Assembly: GCA_039090665.1 (NCBI GenBank)
Contig: JAWCSL010000002.1
Coordinates: 1 to 64,000 of the forward strand
Length of the DNA: 64,000 nucleotides
Direction of reading: 5' to 3'
Source of the DNA: Candidatus Aenigmatarchaeota archaeon
GTDB lineage: Archaea; Aenigmatarchaeota; Aenigmatarchaeia; CG10238-14; SCSR01
The number at the start of each line of letters is the position of its first letter. The first letter of the stretch is position 1. The position numbers and the translations under genes were made by a program. Below, in pieces: positions 17,952-28,084 of the stretch. The notes under the pieces are model-generated. The model was not told the DNA's origin and did no database searches. It saw only the letters and a program-made list of their open reading frames with translations.

Positions 17952-18368
17952 TCAACCAGCCTTTCTTTCTTCCATCATTTTCCTTATTTCTTCTCTCAAT
18001 TCTTTCAGTCCAGAAGAAAACTGGTTTATAACAGCTTCTATGTTTGCTATAGATTTCTCAACTTCCTCTTTCCTTTTTTGCAAAATTTGTTTTCCCTCTT
18101 CTAAACTTTTTTCAATTGCAACATCTGCCCCAACTTCAACTATAATCCTATCCTTTTCAACTATTTTACATGGAATGTAAGTTTGTGAACCAAGCGAGAA
18201 AAGAACTTCATCATCTTTATCTTTCAATTCTTCTATCCCTTTTATGCTTCCTTCAATTTCCATTAAACTCTTGATTAAAACTTCTCTTTGCTTTAGTAAG
18301 CTTTCTATTCTAGCTTCTATTAGTCTATGAATTATTATCTTCTCTTGCAATTCTTTTTCTTCATTCAT
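17952..18368 (-). CDS. pfdA: Prefoldin subunit alpha
   Basis: Coiled coils flanking IIVEVGADVAIEK; upstream of ftsY; start taken at MNEEK. Confidence 0.9.
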   Translation of the reverse strand: MNEEKELQEKIIIHRLIEARIESLLKQREVLIKSLMEIEGSIKGIEELKDKDDEVLFSLGSQTYIPCKIVEKDRIIVEVGADVAIEKSLEEGKQILQKRKEEVEKSIANIEAVINQFSSGLKELREEIRKMMEERKAG

Positions 18369-18408
18369 ACCATCACAATTAATTTGAAACATTAACTTAA
18401 TAAATAAT

Positions 18409-18885
18409 ATGAAGGTAAAATTGCTAATCCTTTCATTGCTTTTCATTTTTTTATTGTTTGCCCTTTCAATAGCTTCAAATTCAGACACTGTAACGATTAC
18501 ACTAAATGCAACAAAAGTTTGGTGGAATGATAGTGTGAAAGCAAGTGGAATTGCTAAATATTCGAACGGAACGGGAATAAGCGGTACTGTTAATTTAGTT
18601 GTTGATGGTGCTAACTATTCTTGCCCACCTACAGATGCTGATGGCAGTTGGAACTGTACATTCAATGCTCCTATGAAAATCGGCTCTTTTTTTGTTACGG
18701 TTATTATTACCAATGCCACAAACCATCAATTCCAGAATTCCACCTCTTTGGTAGTCTCTCCTCATTATGGTAAAACACCAATAGGCTCAATGACAAGAGT
18801 TGTTTACGAGTTACCTATGCTGATTCAAGACTTGAATGGTGAAATAAAAACGGTTTTGGCAAGAATAATCGTTTGGAAAGGCTAA
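18409..18885 (+). CDS. Secreted Ig-like beta protein
   Basis: Signal peptide, many N-x-S/T sequons, DADGSWNCTF. Confidence 0.7.
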   Translation: MKVKLLILSLLFIFLLFALSIASNSDTVTITLNATKVWWNDSVKASGIAKYSNGTGISGTVNLVVDGANYSCPPTDADGSWNCTFNAPMKIGSFFVTVIITNATNHQFQNSTSLVVSPHYGKTPIGSMTRVVYELPMLIQDLNGEIKTVLARIIVWKG

Positions 18886-18945
18886 TTTTTACTTGCTTAG
18901 TAAGTTCAAAATCTACATTAAAGCTCTTCTTTTAACTTCTAAAAG

Positions 18946-19680
18946 ATGCCAATAATAACAGTTTTCACTTTTGAAAAATTACCAAGCATTAGGAAAATAG
19001 TTAAAATTCTAGACAAAAAGAAGAAGGGAAGTAGCTGGCTCACAGCAAAAGAAAGCAAATACAATAAGGGAGAAGTTTTCTTGCAGTATTGGTACTATGA
19101 AGATGTGGAAACAGCTTTAAAGCAAGCAATGGGAGAAGAAGATGTTTATGAAATAGTTTCTTTTTTAAAAAATAATGGGAAGCAAAAAGTTTTAAAAAGG
19201 ACATACTGCTTCATAAACCTTTTGTTCAAAACTTTAGAAGTTTACAGAGGTCCTGATCAAAAAACTCAAGAAATAGTTTCTTTTCTTGAAAGCTTATTAA
19301 ATGTTAAATTCAAACCAATAACTCTTAGTTCAAAGCAACTTCAAGAAATTTATTTAAATCACGCAACGGAGCTTAAACAAGCTATGTTCAAGCATGTTGA
19401 TGGCTTAGTTTATGAAATTCTTAAGGCAGAACGCTTGGAGAAGAATGAAAAATATCTGGAATATTTAAAGAAACATCCGGAAAATTTGAGAGTTATATCT
19501 TTCAGGCCAAGAATAAAGTTCTTAAATGAGAACAATCGATACCAAGTTACGATAAACGGAGATAAAGGAACTATAAAGCTTTCGAGTAATGAAGTTTTCA
19601 AGTGGAGACCAAGGTTTGAGATAAGACAATTAGTTCAGATCTTGGCAAACAATAGAGGATTTAATAAGTTCTTAAGCTAA
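18946..19680 (+). CDS. hypothetical protein
   Basis: 244-aa ORF, no family recognised. Confidence 0.75.
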   Translation: MPIITVFTFEKLPSIRKIVKILDKKKKGSSWLTAKESKYNKGEVFLQYWYYEDVETALKQAMGEEDVYEIVSFLKNNGKQKVLKRTYCFINLLFKTLEVYRGPDQKTQEIVSFLESLLNVKFKPITLSSKQLQEIYLNHATELKQAMFKHVDGLVYEILKAERLEKNEKYLEYLKKHPENLRVISFRPRIKFLNENNRYQVTINGDKGTIKLSSNEVFKWRPRFEIRQLVQILANNRGFNKFLS

Positions 19681-19698
19681 AACAATTTAATAGAGATT

Positions 19699-20493
19699 AT
19701 GAAAATTCTAGTCACTGGTGGGAAAGGATTTATAGGTAGCCATTTAGTAAAGGAATTAAGAAAAAGGCATAATGTTTTAATTTTCGATGTAAAGAACAAA
19801 AGAAATGAAGATGTGAGAAATTTGGAATATTTGTTAAAAGTTTCAAAAAATGTTGATGTAATAGTTCATTTGGCAGCTCTTTCTGTTGATCCAGACTCTA
19901 TAAAAAAACCATGGGAATATTTGACGACAAATATTTTGAGCACAATTAATGTTTTGGAGACAGGAAGAAGATTAGGAATAAAAAAAATAATTTTTACTTC
20001 TTCTGCTGCAACATCTTCAACAACGCCATATGGTATATCTAAGCTTCATGGTGAACAATTATGTGAAATTTATAGCAAGTTATATAAGATGAATGTGATA
20101 ATTGTAAAAATTTACAATGTTTATGGTGAAGGTAATACCAAAGGTGTAATAAAGGAATTTTTAGAGAGAATAATTAAAAACAAACCGTTGATAGTTCATG
20201 GCAAAGGTGAATATGTCAGAGATTATATACATGTAAGAGATGTGGTAAAAACTATAATAAAATTTATTGAGAAAAATTGCAAGTCTGGTGTTTATGAAGT
20301 TGGCACTGGCATAGGTACAAGTCTAAACGAGTTGATTGAAATTCTAAAAGAGGTTACAGATAAAAAAATAAAAGTGAAATATGAGAAGTGTTATTATGAT
20401 AGAATAAAATACTCTGTTGCAACTAATACTTGTGTTAAAAATCCAACAAAATTGATAGAAGGGTTAAGGGAATTATGGAGAAAAAGTTTATAA
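19699..20493 (+). CDS. NAD-dependent epimerase/dehydratase
   Basis: VTGGKGFIGSH, HLAA, PYGISK, RDYIHVRD. Confidence 0.9.
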   Translation: MKILVTGGKGFIGSHLVKELRKRHNVLIFDVKNKRNEDVRNLEYLLKVSKNVDVIVHLAALSVDPDSIKKPWEYLTTNILSTINVLETGRRLGIKKIIFTSSAATSSTTPYGISKLHGEQLCEIYSKLYKMNVIIVKIYNVYGEGNTKGVIKEFLERIIKNKPLIVHGKGEYVRDYIHVRDVVKTIIKFIEKNCKSGVYEVGTGIGTSLNELIEILKEVTDKKIKVKYEKCYYDRIKYSVATNTCVKNPTKLIEGLRELWRKSL

Positions 20494-21941
20494 AGAAAAA
20501 AGTTCACTTCTTGCCTTATTTCATTCTTTTTTCTATGATGGTTTTTTACACAACAGTTTTAAGCATAATATCAATAAACTATTACAACAGATTCTATTTT
20601 TCCGCATTTGATTTAGGAATATTTGATCAAGGCATATGGCTCTTGAGCAGAGGTGAAGATCCTTTTGTAACAGTCAGAGGTCTTCACTTGTTTGTAGATC
20701 ATATTCAATTCACAACAATATTTTTTGCACCACTTTATTGGTTGTGGGATGATGCTAGAGTGCTATTAATTGCTCAAAGTTTTGTTCTTTCTTTAGGTGC
20801 CATACCATTGTTTTTAATTGGTAAAGAAAAATTAAAAAACCAATTTTTACCCTTATTCTTTGTTCTCATTTATTTTTTGTATCCCGCTCTACATTATCTT
20901 AACTTAGAGAATTTTCATCCAGTTGTTTTAGCCGTGCCTTTTTTGTTTTTTGCTTTCTATTTTCTCACAAAAAGAAAGTTTCTATATTATTTTGCTTTTG
21001 TTTTTCTTCTTTTATTGACAAGAGAAGAGCTAGTATTATCCATACTTGCACTCGGCTTATATGCTTTCTTTTTTTGTGATAAAAAAGTAGGTATTGTAAC
21101 AATTGTCTTGGGTTTTGTTTGGTTGTTCATTATTTTTAATGTTATTTTTCCATATTACTTGGGAAATTATCCACATCCGAATATTAAAAGAGGTGGAGAT
21201 GTTTTAGAAAGAACTAAAAATTTTTTGTTAAACCCTATTGAAATTTTGACTCTTAACACAGAAGAAAATCGTCAATATATTTTTGAGCTACTTTTTCCTA
21301 TCGGTTTTTTCCCAATTTTACATCCACAAACATCATTTCTTGCATTACCTGCAATTATGTTGAATCTGATAACCACTTGGCCTTATGCTCATTCAATTCG
21401 ATATCATTACACTTATGCTATAATACCATTTATGTTCATCTCACTTGTTTATTCTTTTTCTTTTCTCAAATATTTTTTGAAAAAGAAAAAGTTTTTATTT
21501 AATACTTTTCTCACAACTTTATTAATTTTTTCATTAATTGGAAACATTTGGATTGGACCAGAAGTTACTTCAATAAAAAGCGGTGCAATAATTGAAATTA
21601 TAAAGAGGTTTGGTGAGTTTAATGAACAGGAAAAAGCGAGATATATGGCAATTTCAATTATACCAAAAAATGCGACCGTTTCAGCAACTTATTTATTTGT
21701 TCCTCACCTTTCTCATAGAAAAATCATTTATATGTTCCCAAATCCATTCAAGGAAGCTTATTGGGGTCTAGAATTTGGAAATTTCACGCCACCACCACTC
21801 AAAGATGTCGACTACATTTTACTCGACGATACACCAAATGAATTTGAGAAAAAAGAAATTATTAATAAGTTATTAGAAAATGGTACCTATTCTAAAATTT
21901 TCGAGAAAGAAAACATTTACATTTTAAAGAGAATGCAATAA
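20475..21941 (+). CDS. DUF2079-type GT-C-like membrane protein
   Basis: FDLGIFDQ, DHIQF, FHPV, TREE motifs; many TMs. Confidence 0.8.
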   Translation: MEKKFIKKKVHFLPYFILFSMMVFYTTVLSIISINYYNRFYFSAFDLGIFDQGIWLLSRGEDPFVTVRGLHLFVDHIQFTTIFFAPLYWLWDDARVLLIAQSFVLSLGAIPLFLIGKEKLKNQFLPLFFVLIYFLYPALHYLNLENFHPVVLAVPFLFFAFYFLTKRKFLYYFAFVFLLLLTREELVLSILALGLYAFFFCDKKVGIVTIVLGFVWLFIIFNVIFPYYLGNYPHPNIKRGGDVLERTKNFLLNPIEILTLNTEENRQYIFELLFPIGFFPILHPQTSFLALPAIMLNLITTWPYAHSIRYHYTYAIIPFMFISLVYSFSFLKYFLKKKKFLFNTFLTTLLIFSLIGNIWIGPEVTSIKSGAIIEIIKRFGEFNEQEKARYMAISIIPKNATVSATYLFVPHLSHRKIIYMFPNPFKEAYWGLEFGNFTPPPLKDVDYILLDDTPNEFEKKEIINKLLENGTYSKIFEKENIYILKRMQ

Positions 21942-21967
21942 AGTAAGCTTAGTTTGTTTACACCAAA

Positions 21968-23440
21968 TTATTTTGTGAGGATGAATATCGAGTATTTTCC
22001 CAATATTTTATGAGGGAAATTATTTGCCAAGTAATTTTTAAATTCTTGGTCTAGTGGTTCTTCATTTTTTTCAATAAAAAATTTAGTGTTCTCTTTTTCA
22101 GCTATTTTTTTGAAAGTTTCAATATCTCTGGCATAATAGACTTTTCTTCTTTGTAAATAAAATTTTAGTTGAAAATTTTGTGGATGTTCACTAAAAGATA
22201 TTATTAAATCTCCATGATTTTGAGCTAAAAAACTTATTAATTCTGAGACATTCGAATTACCTTCATATATCTTTTTGATTGTTGGATATGAGTAATACAA
22301 AAAAGAAAACATAAGAATAAACAAAATTAAATAGAAAGCTTTTCTTTTCAAACATCTTTCCAGAGTTTCAAAAAAAGAGGCTGTGGCTAAGAAAACACCA
22401 GGAAGAATGAAAAGTATTAAAAAATCATGAATCCAATATAAGTTACTGAAAACAAAAAGATAAGACAAAAATGAAGCGAGAACTAGAAGAAACAAACCAT
22501 CCCAAATGTAAAATGTTTTTTTGATAATTGTTCTGGCAACAAATATGAGTAATACTGCAAATACCATAGGAGTATAGAAATATGAAATATCTCTATAAAG
22601 ATGATTCAAAAGTTCAGCTAGGTTTATATTGTATTTCCAAGAAGCTTCGTTCAAGTTTGTTCTGAAAAGAAATATGAAATACAAATCAGATAATCCTTTA
22701 ATTCCACTAACAAGCCAAATATGTAGAATATTGAGTGAAAAAGTTATAAAAGATAGCAAAATTAATATCAGTAAACAACTCTTTCTTTTCTCTTTCTTCT
22801 TAGGTTTATAGAGAACAAAATAATGAATTAAAATCACAGGAACTATGAAGTGCATGCTCCATTCAACAAAAGCTCCCAGAGAAAATGTAATGAATAAGAG
22901 ATAAAGATATAAATACTTCTTATCTTTAAGCCAAAGAATATAAAAATACAAAGTTGCGAAAATGAAAAAAATAATTAGAGCATCAGGAGATATAAGGTTT
23001 CTCATATAGAAAAACATAGGAGAAAATACCAAGAAAAAACAAGTTATGAGCGCAATCTTTCTATTGAATGTGTTTTTAATTATAAGGTATAAAAATAAGA
23101 TAGAACCAAAATTTGCAACAACTTGAACTATTTTTGCTGACCACTCACTAATTCCAAATACGCGGAAACTTAAAGATAATAAAAATGCAGTACCTATTGG
23201 TCGATGAACATACACTTCATATGTTTCTTTTCCTGTTTCTAAACTACCAGTATTCCAGAGCTGAGCAAGCTTTGTTTTCAAATAACCAAATTTAATGTAA
23301 TTAACAGCATATTCACTGTATTGCCCTGTTATAAAACCAGGATGAGTATCGCTTAGTGGACTACCAATATCGAATAAAGAATAAGCGAGAAAAACAAAAA
23401 TTAGCATCGAGAAAAATATGAGATAAGTGTTATTTTCCAT
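21968..23440 (-). CDS. GT-C glycosyltransferase (family 39/ArnT-like)
   Basis: HRPIG...FGISEWSAK, SPMFF, PDAL; many TMs. Confidence 0.8.
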   Translation of the reverse strand: MENNTYLIFFSMLIFVFLAYSLFDIGSPLSDTHPGFITGQYSEYAVNYIKFGYLKTKLAQLWNTGSLETGKETYEVYVHRPIGTAFLLSLSFRVFGISEWSAKIVQVVANFGSILFLYLIIKNTFNRKIALITCFFLVFSPMFFYMRNLISPDALIIFFIFATLYFYILWLKDKKYLYLYLLFITFSLGAFVEWSMHFIVPVILIHYFVLYKPKKKEKRKSCLLILILLSFITFSLNILHIWLVSGIKGLSDLYFIFLFRTNLNEASWKYNINLAELLNHLYRDISYFYTPMVFAVLLIFVARTIIKKTFYIWDGLFLLVLASFLSYLFVFSNLYWIHDFLILFILPGVFLATASFFETLERCLKRKAFYLILFILMFSFLYYSYPTIKKIYEGNSNVSELISFLAQNHGDLIISFSEHPQNFQLKFYLQRRKVYYARDIETFKKIAEKENTKFFIEKNEEPLDQEFKNYLANNFPHKILGKYSIFILTK

Positions 23441-23510
23441 TATTCCTGGTTTAGTTTTTCTTAAAAATAATTTTTATCTTTGTAACGCTTTTTCTTAAAT
23501 AAGAGGTTTT

Positions 23511-24236
23511 ATGAAAAAACAATTTTCAATAATGATTCCAGTATACAATGAGGAAAAAATAATAGTTAAAAACACGAAAAAATTAATAAAATTTCTTGAT
23601 AACCTGAATAAGCCATATGAAATACTTATATGTGATAATGGCTCAACAGACAAAACAAAAATCTTGGGAAAAAAACTAGAGCTCCAATTTCCCGATAAAG
23701 TAAAATTTTTAACTATACCTGAAAGCAAGAGTGTAGGATTTGCTTTCAAAAAAATGGTAACTACAGCATCTTCCGATAAGTTAATTTCTTTAGATATGGA
23801 CTTAACCATAGACTTTGAGAATTTTATCTTAAGGTGTTTAAAGTTACTTGAAGATAATAGTATGGTTATAGGCTCAAAAATAGCTACACAAAAAAGACCC
23901 CTCATAAGGAAGATGTTGAGTATTGTTGGCGTATTTCTAATAAGAATACTTTTGGATTTGGAATTTTCTGACTATTCAATTGGGGCAAAAGGATATAGAA
24001 AAAAGTATCTAATGGATAAATTGGATGTTATTGATAGATCTACATTTTATGTAATTAAATTGGTATTTTTCTTCAAGCAACAAGGCTTGAAGATAGTTGA
24101 AATTCCAGTTAAAGTTCATGATGTAAGAAAAAGTAGGTTCAATTTTTTCCAAGATGCAGTATATCGTTTTATAAACCTTTTAAATTTTTGGTTTCGAGAA
24201 AGAATAATGAAACCTGTCGTCAATATTCCAAGATAG
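23511..24236 (+). CDS. GT2 polyprenol-phosphate glycosyltransferase
   Basis: IPVYNEE, DNGSTDKT, DMD, IVEIPV. Confidence 0.85.
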   Translation: MKKQFSIMIPVYNEEKIIVKNTKKLIKFLDNLNKPYEILICDNGSTDKTKILGKKLELQFPDKVKFLTIPESKSVGFAFKKMVTTASSDKLISLDMDLTIDFENFILRCLKLLEDNSMVIGSKIATQKRPLIRKMLSIVGVFLIRILLDLEFSDYSIGAKGYRKKYLMDKLDVIDRSTFYVIKLVFFFKQQGLKIVEIPVKVHDVRKSRFNFFQDAVYRFINLLNFWFRERIMKPVVNIPR

Positions 24237-26275
24237 CTCGAAATTTTCCCCAACAAATCTATTAAACTTTCACCATAATAGAGCCTCACATCTTTTTTAT
24301 TAGGAATAACGAGCATGAAAGACGGAGATACCAAATAAACTTTTCTTGCTCCTTCAACTTTCCAGTTAGGATAATAAGAAATGCTAATTATGTGAGGTTT
24401 GCCAACACAATCTGTACTAAACTTTATCTCTTCAATATCTATCTCTTCTCTTATATTACATGAATTATTCAGAGGAACTTTTGGTATTTCTAAAAGTGAA
24501 TTTGAAGACAAAGAAAATTCTGATTTATCGTCTGTAAAAACTAAAGGCACATCAAGTAATTCTTCTCTCTTAAACCATTCATAAGCCACAACTTTCCAGT
24601 TTTTTCTCTCAAAAACCACTGGTTGATACTTTGGTACTGTTACATATTTGTTTGGATTTATATTCAATTTATATATTTCATAAGGTTCAAAAGTTGCCAC
24701 ATGTGTATATAACTCATTATTCCTAAGATCATTTTTTACACTATCTGTCCTAGCTATAATATACTCAACATTGAACATAGCCAAATGTTTTGCCGCTTTC
24801 GTTGAATTATAGCTAGTACAAGGAGACCATTGAGGATATGGACACGGTGCAGTTTCTGATATTTCTGTTTGGAAATAAAATATAAAAGGTGAAGAAATAC
24901 TTGATTGCATATACAATCCTTCGTACGTTGATCTTCCTGAGAAAAGAGGTAAAGACTCAAAGGCTCGTGGTGAACCAGCCAAATCATGGAGGTTAGAATG
25001 TTCAAAAATAACTCTTGGATCTTTGTAAGATCCTCTTAAATATTCATTGATATCTCTGAAAACATTCCAAAGAGGCTTATTTTCAAATCCCTCATAATTC
25101 CATTTTATCCAAAAGTGAATGTAAGTCACATTTTTGTTTACCCAAACTATATTGATGAGTAAAATCACAATTGTAACAATTGATATCAACCAGACTGTCC
25201 TAAATTTTCTTATTATTTCTCCAATAGCATACCCAGCTATCAAGGTTATAAGAAGTTGAATGAAAGGTAGAAATCTTATGTCAACAACACCCATTGCTGG
25301 AGATAAAAAATAAAACACACATGAAATGGAAATTGAGAATAAAAAGAAAAGAATTCTTTTATCCTTTTTTTTGATACCAATTATTATTCCTACACACGCT
25401 AAGAAAGCGAAAGGTAAAAGTATGTCTGGAAATATTTCTTTTCTTATATCAAAATAAATCCATTGGAAATTATAAGGTGTGGTATACTCCAGATTAAGGA
25501 CAAATGGAACTAACCAGAAACCTATTAAAAGAAAAGCTAGCGCATAGACTTTAAAAAGATAAAATAAATTTTTGAATATTTTCTTTATTTTTTTGTTGAT
25601 TAAAAAGAAAGCAGAAGATGCAATGGCGAATAATGTTGTGTAAATATGCGTGAAAGTTATAATGGCAAAAACAATCAAGTTTTTTATCAAGTTTTTTTGT
25701 TTATCTATACTAGAATAAAGTAAACCGAAAAACAACACTGTTAATGACAAACTAAAGCTATAAGAAAATTCTCCCGCTAATGTGCTTGGTATGTTTCCTC
25801 CCCACATTGAGTTGCCTTCATTGAATAGAAAAGCTAGTGTGAAAATAGCAGCAATTATTGGTGTTGGAAATTTGAAGCCCATTAATTTCAAAGAAAAAAA
25901 TGTTGTTAAAGGTAATAGAAATGTACCAAGAACAGTAACCAACTTAAAACTGATCTCCAGTGGAATTAAGTAACTCATCAAAACACTTACAATAAAAAGA
26001 AAAGGGAAATAAAATTGGAATAGTGGAAATCCTGCATACCACCCTGGACACCAGCCAACTACTTTCAATTTTGGTAATAGATAGTGTTTTAGGAAATAGG
26101 CTGGATAGTAATGTGATGCTGTGTCTCCACCAGCTACTATTGTTTTCAAGAATAAATATTCTGGCTTGAAATAGCTAGTTAAAAATAAAAATATGGAAAA
26201 AAGTATGAAAAAATTGACCAAATTTTCTATATTTTTTATTAGAAAAGATTTCATAAATTTTGGACTAAATTCCAT
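24116..26275 (-). CDS. PTPS-related/YfhO-like GT-C membrane protein
   Basis: GGDTASH, WYAGFPLFQFY, GGNIPSTLAGEFS, C-terminal SYYPNWKV. Confidence 0.75.
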   Translation of the reverse strand: MEFSPKFMKSFLIKNIENLVNFFILFSIFLFLTSYFKPEYLFLKTIVAGGDTASHYYPAYFLKHYLLPKLKVVGWCPGWYAGFPLFQFYFPFLFIVSVLMSYLIPLEISFKLVTVLGTFLLPLTTFFSLKLMGFKFPTPIIAAIFTLAFLFNEGNSMWGGNIPSTLAGEFSYSFSLSLTVLFFGLLYSSIDKQKNLIKNLIVFAIITFTHIYTTLFAIASSAFFLINKKIKKIFKNLFYLFKVYALAFLLIGFWLVPFVLNLEYTTPYNFQWIYFDIRKEIFPDILLPFAFLACVGIIIGIKKKDKRILFFLFSISISCVFYFLSPAMGVVDIRFLPFIQLLITLIAGYAIGEIIRKFRTVWLISIVTIVILLINIVWVNKNVTYIHFWIKWNYEGFENKPLWNVFRDINEYLRGSYKDPRVIFEHSNLHDLAGSPRAFESLPLFSGRSTYEGLYMQSSISSPFIFYFQTEISETAPCPYPQWSPCTSYNSTKAAKHLAMFNVEYIIARTDSVKNDLRNNELYTHVATFEPYEIYKLNINPNKYVTVPKYQPVVFERKNWKVVAYEWFKREELLDVPLVFTDDKSEFSLSSNSLLEIPKVPLNNSCNIREEIDIEEIKFSTDCVGKPHIISISYYPNWKVEGARKVYLVSPSFMLVIPNKKDVRLYYGESLIDLLGKISSYLGILTTGFIILSRNQKFKRFIKRYTASWKKLNLLFLTS

Positions 26276-26314
26276 AAAAATAATTTTCTCTTTAAAAAAT
26301 TTTGTTTTCTCAGT

Positions 26315-27379
26315 TTACTCTGTTGGTTTATATGTTTTTATCACAACCCTCTTTCTACCTCTTATACCTCTTTTTCTGGTTAAAATCTTTATGAGACCAA
26401 TATCCGCTAAATGCTTCAAGAAATCTCTAAATCTCCTTTCTCCTACAGGACATTCTATTCTTTTAGAGTAAATTAAATATAACTCATCTGTGAAAATTCT
26501 TGTTTTTTCATCTACAATCTGCAGAATTATTTTTTCATCCAGATTTAGTTTTTCTTTCAAGATTTCGGGTTTAATTGGTTTCACAGTTGAGAGCACCATC
26601 TTCATATGCAAAACTTTAACTTTCTTTTCCCCTTCTTTTTCTGCAAATCTTCCAGCTCTAAGTAAGCATTCCAAACCAACTCTCACATCTCCACCATTTT
26701 GAACAGCGTGATTTGCTGCCAATAAAACAACACCACTTTCAAAAGAGAAAAATGCAACCTTTGCTCTTTCTTCAAGTATATCTTTCATTTCCAGTAGTGA
26801 GTAAGGTTTAAATTCCATTTCTTCTATGTTTAAACTACTTCTAACTCTTGGGTCCACATTAACAAAAACAAAAGGGTTGTTAGAAATAAAAACTAGACCA
26901 ACAGGAAGTTTCAAATACTGATTTAACCTTACTAAATCATATAGTGCCGATTTATCATGAAAAACAAGCTGATCAACTTCATCCAAACAAATTATCAACC
27001 CTTTATCAAGTTTGTTGCAAACTTCTATTGCTCTTTCCAAAATTTCATCTTTGCTCATTCCTCTTCTTTGAACAAAACCACCAAGCTCCAAAGAAATCTT
27101 ACTCAATATTGCAACAATTGTCTTATAATCCCAGCAATTTATATAAACTGTTTTTATTCCAGAATAATTTTCAAACTCACGAAAAACAAATTTTGCCGAA
27201 GCCGTCTTGCCTGTGCCCGGTGGTCCAAATATGAAAGTGTTTTGGGGAATTCTTTTATTTGCAGCAGGAAGTAAATTTTCAGCCAAATGCCTAACTTGCT
27301 CTTCTCTATGTGGTAAAGTCTCTGGTAAATACTCTGGCGATAAAACTTCTTCATTTTTAAAAACTTTAGACTCAATCAT
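26315..27379 (-). CDS. cdc6: Orc1/Cdc6 replication initiator
   Basis: PETLPHREEQ, GPPGTGKT, LDEVD, GDVR, C-terminal wH with RGR. Confidence 0.9.
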   Translation of the reverse strand: MIESKVFKNEEVLSPEYLPETLPHREEQVRHLAENLLPAANKRIPQNTFIFGPPGTGKTASAKFVFREFENYSGIKTVYINCWDYKTIVAILSKISLELGGFVQRRGMSKDEILERAIEVCNKLDKGLIICLDEVDQLVFHDKSALYDLVRLNQYLKLPVGLVFISNNPFVFVNVDPRVRSSLNIEEMEFKPYSLLEMKDILEERAKVAFFSFESGVVLLAANHAVQNGGDVRVGLECLLRAGRFAEKEGEKKVKVLHMKMVLSTVKPIKPEILKEKLNLDEKIILQIVDEKTRIFTDELYLIYSKRIECPVGERRFRDFLKHLADIGLIKILTRKRGIRGRKRVVIKTYKPTE

Positions 27380-28083
27380 TCTACAATAATAGTTATCCTA
27401 CGATTATTTTTACCTTTGTTTTCCCTCTTAACTATCTTAATCCTTCCAATTTCTTTTGTATTAGCAACATGAGTGCCCCCATCAAGTTGAGCATCTATAT
27501 CACCAATTTCCACAACTCTCAAAATTTTAAACTGTTGATAATGTGATTTATCTGCCAATCTCATGAGTCTTGGGTTAGATTCGAGCTCTTCTTTAGAAAT
27601 TATTCTTGAGTTTATTGGTAAGCCAAGAGAAACAATTTCATTTGCTTTTTCTTCTATTTTTCTTGCAATTTCTTCATCAAGTTTTTCCAGGTTAAAATCC
27701 ATTCTTGCTCTATCCGGATAAATTTGGCTTCCCGTGAAAAGAATATCACCAAAATTTTTCACCAAAGCTGCAGAAATGACATGAGCAGCAGAATGTAGCC
27801 TCATGATGTTATACCTTCTTTCCCAATCTATTTTTCCATGAACTATGTCACCAACTTTAAAATCAGGCTCTTTCTCAAGCACATGAATTATATTTTCTTC
27901 CTCATCTTTTACCACATCAACAACTTTTATTCCATTTATTTCTCCCGTATCATTTATTTGTCCTCCACTTGTTGCATAGAAGCAAGTTTGATCGAGAATA
28001 ACTTTATTTCCATCTATAGCCAAAACTTTAGCATCAAATTCTTTTTGATATGCATTTTCCCAAAAAAGCTTTCTTGTAGCCAT
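27376..28083 (-). CDS. alaX: Alanyl-tRNA editing protein AlaX-M
   Basis: DQTCFYATSGGQ, MRLHSAAH, GGTHVANT. Confidence 0.9.
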   Translation of the reverse strand: MATRKLFWENAYQKEFDAKVLAIDGNKVILDQTCFYATSGGQINDTGEINGIKVVDVVKDEEENIIHVLEKEPDFKVGDIVHGKIDWERRYNIMRLHSAAHVISAALVKNFGDILFTGSQIYPDRARMDFNLEKLDEEIARKIEEKANEIVSLGLPINSRIISKEELESNPRLMRLADKSHYQQFKILRVVEIGDIDAQLDGGTHVANTKEIGRIKIVKRENKGKNNRRITIIVE

Positions 28084-28084
28084 T

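Noticed and set aside
26276..27379. Replication origin beside cdc6
   Set aside because: cdc6 is coupled to alaX and has only a 39-bp downstream gap; no ORB-like repeats seen
27440..27500. AlaX motif DGGTH instead of CGGTH
   Set aside because: As I recall, Asp at this position occurs in other AlaX-M proteins; the HxxxH motif is intact, so it is not evidence of inactivation
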